From NCBI GenBank assembly GCA_020137815.1, contig CM035351.1, positions 1,488,001-1,552,000 on the forward strand: 64,000 bases of DNA, given 5' to 3'. The translations under genes were made by a program, and so were the position numbers. Source of the stretch: Hormiphora californensis. Lineage: Eukaryota; Animalia; Ctenophora. The notes under the pieces were generated by a model. It ran no database searches, was not told the DNA's origin, and saw nothing but the letters and a program-made list of their open reading frames with translations. Positions 47,701-59,400 of this stretch are shown one piece after another (position 1 is the stretch's first letter; every line of letters begins with the position of its first letter).

Positions 47701-49708
47701 CTAAATCAGTACAGTAGATTTACCTCAGTTTCTTCGATCAGTTTTTCGACTGCCTTAGATGTTTCAAAGTAGCATCCCTTCACATGGGTCTCAAAACACG
47801 TCTTCCCTCGTTTCGATGTCATCACCTGAATGATACAGGGTACTATGAGTGGGGCAGATATAGAAATAAAGGGGTACAGCGGTTATAGCAGCCGGCTGAA
47901 TGTTTGTTTCCGGGGCGCAGTCTCTCTCCAGTGTTTTGCTGCCAGCTGACGCGCGAGATTGTCTACCTGCAATGATCCGCGCGCTACGTTACTGATTTTG
48001 CTGAATAAATGCAGTAGCTTGGTTCTGCACCGCACTTCCAACAAAATATGGATAATTGATTACAAGATTCTAAATTTATAAACCCGAAATACGAAACCTA
48101 GGAACGATAAAGAATGCTGAACCATCTCGCATTAGTCATTACATATAAGGGTATCTTCCTATTGAGTTTATGAGGATTCCAGTCTTAGCACCGAATGAAA
48201 TACCTGGTATTAAACCAGCACCTACCAACTCCAAAACACACTCGGAAGCAAAAAGCTATCAATTTCCATTTACCACCCCATCCCCTCTTTTCGGTAGAGC
48301 GAGGGGGCTGTTACCAGCACGCAGTGTTACTTGCATCTAGTGTGAGTGGAGCACTCTAAATAAACAAAATTCCATATGAAGAATTCTATCATGCCTTGCT
48401 CGACAAAAATATATGAGGGATTCCACCCACGACTTCATAGGAATATATGATCTGCATGCAAAGTTACCTTATCAAATTTCTTTAATATCTTCCTGAATCC
48501 AGTATAATTCAATGCCTGGAAAAGATAATCATGAAAATATTGCAAAATATGTAGCATTAATAAACTAAATAGATAGGTAACTGGTAATTATTGATAAACA
48601 AAATCAGTAATCAGTAGCTAGTAATCTGCAGCAATTCTCCCAGTAGGAGAGGGAGAGAAATGATGCATTTTAATTTACGTACTTGGTAATTTTGAAGTAG
48701 AATTAAGTTAAGGTAGTATTCAGAAAAAGCCATCTTGAACTTTTGGTAAATCTTTGCTTCCAGTTTTTTAATACGGGCAGGGTGTACAACTACTACTTTC
48801 TTTCCTTTTATGTCTGACTTTTCCTGGGATAACACGATCATTGAAAAAAAACAGACTGATGAGTAAAATATTCATCAGCAGAGGTTCGGGAGATTAGCAT
48901 TTTGTTCCCCCACTTGCTCATAAAAAGGGTGGAATAGACGATCACAAGATTCTAAGTGTACCTTTCCCAGTGCTTGGTTTCGTAGAAGCTCTAGCTGACG
49001 GTGAAATTCTGATGTCAACTTCGTGTAACGACTTTTGGCTTCACTCTCCTTTTCTAAAGATGTTTTAATTCGTTACAGAGTTATTAGAATTACTAAACTT
49101 AGTAAGACTAAAGATTTTGTTACTACATACTAACCTCTGTAAAATACATCAATTCTCCTAATTTCCGATAAAATCCCTTCAAAAAATGAGTTGTCGAAGT
49201 TTTCGTTTATCAAATCTTGGTCTTCTTGGTCTGCATAATGTACATGTGTGTGTGTGTAAATAGAGAGGGAAGGAGAAGACAGAGCGAGAGAGATGGAAGG
49301 AAGAGACAGAGGCTCTGTCACAGAGCAAAAGAAATAGAGAGAGGGGAATAACTCATGATAGAATTATGAGCAGAAAAAGAAATTCAGAAGCAATTACAGT
49401 AAGAAAACTTACCATCCTCATTTCCAGTGCCTTCCAGTAGGAAGTCTTCCTTTTTCTCGTAGATAGAAAACAGTAGCGTCTTTAATCCCTTGGAGATAAA
49501 ATGTGGTTATATTATCTGTGAACTGTGAGCATGAAAAAGTTACTGGACGAACAAAAACCAACAAATATAACAAGACACAAATAAATAGCTACTGTCTAGT
49601 ATGGTATTGGAATAGTGGTAGGGAATGCCAGAGAAATACCTCATATTCGATATATTGCTGCCTCCACTCAGGAGTCAAATGAGCCTGTAGCTCAACTCCA
49701 AACTTCAT
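44780..49708 (-). CDS. XPR1: XPR1/SYG1 phosphate exporter (SPX + EXS domains), multi-exon
   Basis: [106 protein letters not shown]; stop at 44782-44780. Confidence 0.92.
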
Positions 49709-49976
49709 AATGCCTGGCTCTCATAAAAACCTGTTCTAAAATGTAAAATAGGAAATGGAAACATAGGACTGGCTTGATGTGTGAAAAAGAACATGTCTCT
49801 GGTTCAACAAAGATAAATGCCTGAGAGGGGGACCCATAAAATGCAAATAGGCAAATATTTTGAAAACAAAATCAGAAATAACGTTCGATATCACAGATAT
49901 TGAAACAATAAACAAAATGGTCTCAATCAATCCATATATCTGTCAAGGGTAATCAAAGGTAAACCACACGATTACT

Positions 49977-51764
49977 CTAACGGCGGGTCTCTAATGTAGA
50001 GGGTTGATAAACTGGAACCTCTGTAGCGGGACTCAGCATCCTTCTACCTCGTATCAGATCGGCGGCCCGTTCCGCGAGCATCAACGTAGGACCATTCAAG
50101 TTGCCGCTCACAATGGATGGCATCACGCTGGCATCCACCACTTTCAAACCGTCCACGCCATACACCCCCATAGTTTCAGGATTAACAACTGACATTTCAT
50201 CAGTCCCCATTTTAGCAGTACAAGATGGGTGGTAGGCGCTATCAGCATACCTCCTGATAAAAGCATCGATATCCTCATCAGTCTCACACCCATCACCCGG
50301 TCGTAATTCTCGACCCCTGAGCTTGGAAAAGGCGGGCTGTGAAAATATCTCCCGAGATAACTTCACAGACTCTCTCATCTCCCACACATCTGTAGATGTC
50401 GCCAGATAATTGGCCTCCAGGATGGGATGGTCCGTTGGATCGCCCGACTTCAGTCTCACCTCCCCCGCACTCTCAGGTCTCATTGGGCCCACATGGACTT
50501 GGAACGCTTCATACTCAATCTTCCCCCGACCGTGATCCACGACCTGTGAAGGTAGAAAGTGGAACTGAATATCGGGGTGAGTGATGCCCGGTTTGCTTCT
50601 AACGAACCCACCCGCCTCCAAATGGGCGCTACCGCACAGCCCAGATCTATCGTAGAACCACTGAAGTCCTATCTTCACCATATTATGGGGCTGTTGCCAC
50701 TTGTACAGGGTGATGGGCTCCGAACACTCTTGTTGCACGTATATCTCCAGGTGGTCCTGTAGGTTTTGTCCTACTCCGGGTAGATCACATTGGACCTGGA
50801 TCCGGTGTGATCTGATATGATCAGCAGGTCCAATACCGGATAACATTAACAACTGTGGGGTGTTGATCGCTCCCCCAGACAGTATAACACCCCGTTCTGC
50901 ACGTGCAATTTTCAACTTTCCGCCCTGTCGATACTCAACCCCACGAGCCACACCACCCTCAATTATAACACGTGTCACGTGACACCCTGTCTCCGCAGCC
51001 AAGTTACCCCGATCACCCACGACACCATGCATGTACCCAACTGAGGCTGAGCTCCTCATACCCTGCCACGTGGTACTGTCCATGGGACCAACTCCCTCCT
51101 GCTGAAACCCGTTTAAATCATCCGTATAGGGGTACCCTGCCTCCTGACCGGCTTCTATGAAGGCCTTGTAAAGTGGGTTATCCATTTTGTGACGTGTCAC
51201 CCCAACCGGGCCGCATCCCCCTCGATAATCATCCTCCCCCAGACTGTGTTTAGTTGATCGTTTAAAGTAGGGCAAACAGGAGGCATAGTTCCACCCTGTG
51301 GCGCCCTCCTCCCCCCACCTATCGTAATCATGTGCGTGACCCCGGATATACACCATGGCGTTGAGAGAACTGCTCCCTCCCCAGACCCTACCACGAGGCC
51401 AATACAAAACACGATCATTCAACTGTTTCTGAGGGGTGGTATGGTAGTACCAGTTATATTTGTCATCACACAGATTGTACATTAGTGCGCTGGGCATGTG
51501 GATCTTCCATTGGAGGAGTTTGGAACCCAAGATGGTGTCTTTAGGACCCGCCTCAAGACACATAACTCGGACACCCTTGTCCTCACTGAGACGGTTTGCT
51601 AGGACACACCCAGCACTGCCCGCTCCCACTATGACGTAATCGTGACGTGATTCTGTCTCTGCTGCCGCTCTTCCTGTGAACAGCGTTGCAGATCGTTGTA
51701 GTGTTGCAGTACCCCGGGGAAAGAGGAAGGATGTTGTGCGAGATAACCATGTCCCGGACAGCAT
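49977..51764 (-). CDS. CHDH: Mitochondrial choline dehydrogenase (GMC oxidoreductase), single coding exon
   Basis: Transit-like N-terminus, GAGSAG, WKIHMPSAL, PRGRVWGGSSSLNAMVYIRG, NLQDH, SAYHPSCT, GNLNGPT. Confidence 0.95.
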   Translation of the reverse strand: MLSGTWLSRTTSFLFPRGTATLQRSATLFTGRAAAETESRHDYVIVGAGSAGCVLANRLSEDKGVRVMCLEAGPKDTILGSKLLQWKIHMPSALMYNLCDDKYNWYYHTTPQKQLNDRVLYWPRGRVWGGSSSLNAMVYIRGHAHDYDRWGEEGATGWNYASCLPYFKRSTKHSLGEDDYRGGCGPVGVTRHKMDNPLYKAFIEAGQEAGYPYTDDLNGFQQEGVGPMDSTTWQGMRSSASVGYMHGVVGDRGNLAAETGCHVTRVIIEGGVARGVEYRQGGKLKIARAERGVILSGGAINTPQLLMLSGIGPADHIRSHRIQVQCDLPGVGQNLQDHLEIYVQQECSEPITLYKWQQPHNMVKIGLQWFYDRSGLCGSAHLEAGGFVRSKPGITHPDIQFHFLPSQVVDHGRGKIEYEAFQVHVGPMRPESAGEVRLKSGDPTDHPILEANYLATSTDVWEMRESVKLSREIFSQPAFSKLRGRELRPGDGCETDEDIDAFIRRYADSAYHPSCTAKMGTDEMSVVNPETMGVYGVDGLKVVDASVMPSIVSGNLNGPTLMLAERAADLIRGRRMLSPATEVPVYQPSTLETRR

Positions 51765-52775
51765 TATCCTAAAAGAAATACGTGGTAAATGTTAGAGAGG
51801 GGGGCTGCAACGCATTAAAATACCAGCTGGGGTTTTCAGTGCACGATCTGGGTGTTTCAAGGCCTGTTTACAGGTGCGTGCTGCCAAAAATTCGTACAGG
51901 TATCAGTTCCTCAATGACCCTCCCCTCCCTGGCTACCATAGGTGTCCAGTCCAGTACTGGCTCAAAGTTCACACCACCCAACCGTTTCAAAAATGGCGTT
52001 TTGGCTAATTCAGTATTCACATTTTATCTGGTAGGGAATCTCAAGCCCTAATCCCAACCCCAGCCTTGGCCCTAAAAATATGAGTGTTGACACTCGAAAC
52101 AGTAAACAGTAAAGACCCGAATGCGAATTTGAAAACGTAAAAATGAGAAATTTCTCATTTTTACGTTTTCAAATGGAAAACGTTAAAATCTGGGTGCCTT
52201 CCATTGCTTACAATTCGTAGTTTTGGCGCGCGCGACGGGTTAGGGCTATCCGTCAGGGTCTGGTTAGGGTTTGGTTTGGGGTTATCGGTTAGGGCTATCG
52301 ATTCTCTAACAGATACCGTTTAGTTTACTCAAATTGGCCATGTGGTTGCGTGGCTATAGCCGTTTGAAAAAAGTCGGTCTAAGTGTACTCTTTTGGTAGC
52401 GCGCACCTGTAAACAGGCTGCAAGGCACCCAGATTATTTGGCCTATGCTACAGGCCCTAAAGCCGTGGAAAACGCGCGCACTTGGGGTCTGCAGCGCATG
52501 CCAACCAGATTATAATCGCGCCCTTTTCAAATTCGCCGGGATTTCAGATTTCAAATTTAAATCCAAAAAAGTGCGCGCGGCGTCGAAACGCAAAGACCTT
52601 TACTTCTTTTCGCGCGTTCCATTTCGAAGTGCTCGCCCTTGAATAGAAACAACAAAAAAACCTCGTTTTCATTTTGGACCAATCATGGAACCTGAATCTA
52701 AACAATGCGACATGAAATATATGAACATCTGACAAAAATTGCCCAGAATTTCTTAATGGGGGCTGGCTTAGAGTC

Positions 52776-53100
52776 GGTGGATATAACCGGGCCTGGCCTG
52801 TCTCAGTCTGGCAGTCTATCGGATCTGCCAGTCTGAGATCATATCTGGCAGTCTGAGACCAGATCTGGCAGTCTGAGATGAGATCTGGCAGTCTGATCTG
52901 GCAGTCTGAGATGAGATCTGGCAGTCTGAGATCAGGTCTGGCAGTCTGAGATCAGGTCTGGCAGTCTGAGATGAGATCTGGCAGTCTGAGATCAGGTCTG
53001 GCAGTCTGAGATCAGATCTGACAGTCTGAAATCAGATCTGGCAGTCTGAGACCAGTGGTCGGCCAGACTGAGACAGGGCCTGTTCCAGTCATATCCACTG
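52776..53100. mobile_element. Small TIR element filled with a 20-bp minisatellite (gatctggcagtctgagatca)
   Basis: gtggatataacc..cctgtctcagtctggc / gccagactgagacagg..tatccac; about 11 internal units; no TSD found. Confidence 0.6.
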
Positions 53101-53466
53101 AGATCAGGATTGAACAGGATACCGATATTGATAATAACCCAATAATACTGAATGATTAAAGAATAACATTAGCCCAAATAAATAGGTACATTAGTGCACA
53201 GTGTATAATAGGCTGTACTTTAAGATAACGACATACCAAAATCATTTCATCAAATCATTAGTCTAGTTCATCAAAAAGCATTATTTTAAGTTAGCTGATA
53301 GCACTTAGGATCTGTTTTAAGAAAATAAATAAGTCAACGGTTAAACTCTCAGTTACTTAAATAAAATTGATGTGCGAAATACTTGTCATCAACTTGGTAA
53401 AGCCTAAACAATCAAGTTCAAAAATATAAAAATTAACAATTCCAAATCAAAAACAAACATTGATCA

Positions 53467-56400
53467 TCATATTATTTCGGTCCTCTCTAAGTTTTTAAGT
53501 TTTACAAATTCCTGTGCCACTTCGTCGTGTATTCGTTGAGAGAGAATGATGACGATACTGAGGTTCTCCTTAGTAAGATACACACACCTTCCTAACGCCA
53601 ACCTGTAAAATGTCATTGTCAATTGCAATCTAGTGGTAGACTCACTTACAAAACTCTAAGAGAATTGTATTGAAGATGGGTCAGATAGATCTAGGCATTC
53701 CCTCCCCCTTGCAATCGCCCACACATTACCTGTCTTGTATTGATCCCGTCTCAATAAGACACCGAAGGGGCATGACAGCCACACCCACCAACTGATCGGT
53801 CTTAACAAAACACCAGTCCTTCACAGAAAACTGCAACTCGTAGTCATTCGGTTCGTTAGGTTTCAATATTTTCCTGGCAGATATATCATGTTAGGGCTGG
53901 GTGATTTGAGGAAAAGTGCATGCAATTAAAACGCATAGTGGGCTAACTTTCAATCAAAGAACCTCTCGTGGAGGGGTCGCCGCTTCTAACTTACAAGTGA
54001 AAAGATTCGTTAAAAAGGGGAGAGTATGTTTTGGTCTTTGAGCCGGTGGTAAACCGCCGCTTTACACCCGATGTCCCCGGCCCTATCAAGTTGACCTCTA
54101 CAAAGGGCTTGAACATCTTAGTGGTGTTCCAATTGAGGCGACTAGCGGAAACAACTGAAACAGAGAATATTGTTATTATATGTTACCATGGTTACCATGG
54201 TTACCTCAATTAATGTTATCATGTTACCATGGTAACACTAGACCTGCTCAACACTGTCATGTCCGGTACACCTACCTTTAACAGTTAGATCATGGTGTTC
54301 CTGGCCGGGAGGACTAAACAGATCAACTTGTAGCTGGAGTTCCCCCAGGGAATCCTCCTGTTCTGCGTACCAGTTCTGACTCTCAGCATTGTTCACAAAG
54401 TTCTTGATCAGGGTATCTGTAGTGAGCCTGTAATCACTGAGCACCTTCCTCAAATGTTTCATCTCGCTCATCTTCTCCAAACTTTTAGCCTTGGTACAGT
54501 TGTCTGAGTTGTCGGTGAAGTAGTTCTTCAGATAGTTCAGAATGTTTTCCACCATGAGACTCTGCCTGTTGTTTAGTTCCTGGACCTCCTCGTGAGCCAT
54601 CGAGTTTATATCTGGTAGAATAATTATCTCCTCGAATGCCTTTCAGTGTCACTTTCCAGGCGTTCCGAACCAGTGGCTTCCTGACTGCCTCGTAACAGTT
54701 CTTAACAAACTTATCAAATATCTGATCATAGTACATGAGAAGGGGAGATATCATCTCCAACAGGATATCCTCATCCTTCTTACTCTTCACATTCCGCAGA
54801 TCAGCCTTGATCCACCGGATAGAATTCTCGATATGCCCCTTTAGATGATCTACTAGCTCCACGACCAGATTATTCCTGGTCTCCTTCAACTTCTTCTGGG
54901 TCTCATCACAGATCTTCCTGATGCTCAGATCGAGGTTGTCCCCACCCATTGTCTTGTACAGGCTCTGTAGCTCCTCTCTCACTTGGTGAACATTACACAA
55001 GATGACACACTCGGTAGCAAGGGTTTCTGGTAAACCTGCCACGTTACTCTTGAATACTATCGTTATACGCTTTATGTACTCCATCAGGACCGAGTCGATT
55101 GTTTGGCAGAATTTGCTGTAGTATCGAGCCCGTAACTCCGGCACGGGGCAGTCTATTTTCTCCAGTTGTTCAAATGTCCCGTGGAGGGAGGTGAAGATAT
55201 CAATGACGGAGGAGGAGTGTTTGTTACCAGATGTGATCTGGGCTACAAATTTATCCTTCTCCAGCGACTTTACAAGGAAGTTATTCCGCACAACCTCGTC
55301 AGCCTCGTCTAGGTACTTCATGACAAAGGGCTCAAACCACCGGGGAAACTCAGGGATTTTTCCGACATGTTCGGGCGTGTTCGCCACGTATTTATCGTAG
55401 ACAGACTTTACTTGGAGTTGCAGCATCATAATGTCATCTGTTGTAACCTGGATGGGGGAAGACGGTGTAACATTCAACCGAAACCGAAACCAAAACCGAA
55501 ACCACTGGCCGACGCTAACAAATTTCGTTAGTGTTTTCACTAACAATTTTTGTTAGTGACGTCACATGGAAATCCGGTGAGCAAATTTCCCTACCTCCGT
55601 AAGATATGTCTGGACATTGTCATTCAAATCCGTTTTTAGTTCTGCGGAAAGATGCTCCCAAAATGTTTCCGCGGAGAGGTCAGCGTGGTTAAAAAACCTG
55701 GAATACATGACTAGTTAGTTGATGCTTTACATCAGTTAGTTCATGATTCTGTCGCCCAACCCTATCACTCAACCCACCCCCTACCAGTTATAGACCCAGG
55801 GGAGTACTAGCAACTCACGATCTGAATACAGGATCATAGTATTTCTTATCCATTCTGATATCCAGGATAATAAGGAATATCAACTTCTTCCAGTAGGCTG
55901 TCTTGGGGTGTTCATTGAGGGGCTCAGTGTTCTTGTACTCCGATGCGTATATCTCATCTGTCCTCTTACTTATAAAGTAATATGTCTTCACCAGACACGC
56001 CTGGAGGGAGAGAGTGTGTGGAGGGTTGGTTGAACAGTAAAGAGGAGAAGTTCACAATTTGCCTTCCCCCGTCCCACACAAAGTAAACAGTGAACTAGTA
56101 CTAAACAACTAAACTCACCTTGACCCGTTCCTTGATGATTCCATTAGTTCTCCTAGTATTATCCCCACCACTAGTCCCACTGACACCCTGTTGAAGAACC
56201 TTTAGCCGGAAAAACACTATGCTCGTCAGGAGATCTATCGAGTTCTTCAGATCTGCCATGCTCTTCTCTTCGTTGGGATAGATGGCTGGGTAGACCGCCT
56301 TGTAGGAGGTTAGATTCTGACGCAGAGCAAACTGCAGCCTGTCCAACACTTGGGTAAACCTTTGTTTCTAATGAGGGAGAACAATGTTAATAACTCTAAC

Positions 56401-59400
56401 GAAGTTTCACCCTCACTCCGGTATAATATCATGAATTTGAAGTATAGTCGAATTTTTTAATCAAGGGACAGGGGCCGCGCATTTACAAAAGTCTTTTTGC
56501 GCGTGCTAAACGTTTTCGCTCATATCTCCTGTTCCTGATAAGATAAAGATTTGATCTTTGTTGCGTTGAAAAGGTCTTAAAATTATCTTTCCAACGCTTT
56601 TGAGTTCAAGTCTTAAGATTGCCAGGAACTTGATCTCGATTATCACGCGCAAATACAAAGCCGCGCGACACCTCTGAATGCGCGGCCCCCTGTCCCTTGA
56701 TTAAAAAATTCGACTTTAAAGCAGCTGTTTTAAGTTCAACCGTACTCCGGCTGTTTCAATTTTTCAGACCTACCCCAAAGTTGGAGACGTTGATCTCCTG
56801 CCGTCCGTTCCTGTCTCTGTAGTGTGTGTTAATGTAGGCAAGTAACCTACTGACGTGCTGGGGTGGGGCATCTTTCTTCGTAATGAATCGCCGCGTTAAA
56901 CACGAGAATTGTCTGAAGGGAAGGGGCATGTTAGATGTTGTTACAGGAAGGGGCGAGCCGTGAGAGTGCGTTAGATTCTGTTTATTCTTTCCTGTTTTTA
57001 GATGAGTGCCTTGTTACAAGGTCTACACAATTGTTACTCACGTCATAGCCATAAATATGGACTCTATCCCATAACGTGTAGCGAACTCCTCCACAATGAG
57101 CTGGGCTGTCTTATCAAAAAACACCGGCCACTCCTGAAACATGGATATTGTGTTTAAGATGATAAAGTTTTGAGTTCAGCCAGAAAAAAACCAGGACACC
57201 ACTCGGCGCTCAAACACAGTTTCAAGGGAATAAATTCAGGACCACGTAATATACGTACATCTCCGTTCTGTTGTTTCTTGTTCTCTTCAGGGATCTTGAC
57301 CTCGCCATTAATACTGTACATGTGACTGAATAACGTCTCATGGAGGATCTGATACTGATAGAAAAGGAAGGGGAATTAAAATGGAGGGTAGTGGCTAATA
57401 GTAGTTAGATATTTGAGTAGTTGATCCAAGAATAATGGAGATTCTAGGGGGGTTCTAGGAGATTGTAGGGGGTTCTAGCTCTACCTGAGTATGATATGAT
57501 GCCATGTTGTGTGCCTCTCCCTCTATCTTTATTGTCATTCGAAGGTGAATCTGTCCAGAAACATCTGATCGATCTGTCCTCTGGTCTGCAATTACAACAC
57601 ATTAGGGGAGTGGTTGCTAATTTAAAGTAAATACAATGTATTAGGGGAGTGGTTGCTATTACAGAGAGAAAGGAACATGTATGCAGTTTCTCAGTATTGC
57701 ACAATTATTGCAGTAGTGCAGGTTGCACCAGGACAGAAAAGAAGGGGCAGGGCGTATGCCACTTTTTACTCCCCTAAGTAGCCCATAAAAGGAATTTACC
57801 TTTATTTTACTAAGGGGAGTAAAAAGTGGCACACAATATTTTCTCTCTCTATTTTAACTTACTGAGATCATACCACACGTCCGTCTCTCCACACAACTGC
57901 TTTACATCGATGATGGTCTGTCCAAGGAAGTCGTCCGGTTCCCTTTTCAGGTGAGTCATCAGTTTAGATTTCAAGTCATCGTCCTCATCCCATACACGCA
58001 CCTGATAGACACAGTTTTAACAAGATAGACAACGATATAACAGGTACAGAGCATTGGCCTGACAGATATAACAAGTACTCACTACTCAATCAATCAAGAC
58101 AGATACGACGGATATAAGAAATTTGGTGACCACACAATCTATAACCAGGCAATGATTGAGGCAATGCGGGGAGGGGGGGAGTCAATGTAAGGGCATGTAG
58201 TCTACCTTGATCCTATCTGAGCTGTTGTTACAAACAAAGCTAAATGTCTCCCTCCATTTGGGGTTTAGATCCTGTAATATGGTGTTGGTCCGTTCCCTCT
58301 TTTTACCAATCTGCACCGTCACATAGGGATCACTGGTACCGCTCTTATCTTTACCCGTCAAACCTTGGGCCTCAACCACCTGGTAAACAAGGTATCAAGA
58401 ACGAAAAACTCTATAAGTCCCTTCTGTGGCTCACCGCTTTTTTTTTCATAAAAAGCGAGCACGCTCTGACAGAGCGGCTCTGTGAGGGTTCGTTAGATCT
58501 ATTCCAGTTCCTTTCTTCATGAATAAAGAAGCGGTATTTTTATTACCTCGATGTCGATTTTAGCGCTCCATTTGCTGCTTCCCGTTAGGATGGAATGTTT
58601 AACTTCCTTCTTCACAGAGTCCAAAGTGTCCTGAGTGTAGATAAACGCATCCCGTAGCAGCTCAAAGACATGCTGGGATGAGTTCTCTGTAACTTTTATA
58701 CGCTGCCTGAAATGATGTTAGAAATAGAGAAGTTTATTGTTTATTCAACAAATTATTGTTGGGCTTATTTAGTTTTATTATGTGAAGGGTTTTGTTGTGT
58801 GAAGGGTATGCTTTCTAAATAAGCTCCTGCAAGGGGTGCACTACCTACTTCACAAACTCACTCTATATTTCGGATGATATTCTCCTGAAGAGCCGAGTTC
58901 TCAGCACAAGCCTCCTTGCTCTTTTGCCGGGCCCTCTGGAGACAATCAGCGTTCATCAGCTCCTGGCACTTCTGGTGACATTTAATTCCACACTTCCCAC
59001 ACTTCATGCCCTGTTTCCTGACCCCGACTAGGAGACCCTCACACTCTGAGCAGTAGACGGGAGAGAGGAAGGTCCAGGTTTGGAACATGTGCGGTTCGGA
59101 CAGGGATATCGGGTAGATGAGCGCTTGGACTGTCTTTTTAAATACATGCACCTGGTTGGGGTTGAAGGAACTTACAGTAGATTGAGGGACTTTTATAACA
59201 TTGCCTCCCTTCCATTGAGCAATGTGATACCAGAAAAAATGACTCGAAAAACTATCAAAACAAGCTGAAAAGTAAATTAAAATTGAGTGTTACCTTGAGT
59301 GAATCGTAGTTGGGTATGTTGAGTAGAGGGTCCTCGGTGTCAGGGGGCATCTTCTCCTCTTCAACCTCCTCCTCCGCAGGAGCTGTGAACATCTGCTTCA

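Noticed and set aside
52237-52294. Interstitial telomere
   Set aside because: Only scattered gggttaggg motifs, not a tandem array.
52800-53065. CRISPR-like regular repeats
   Set aside because: Head-to-tail 20-mers without unique spacers, no cas genes, eukaryotic context.
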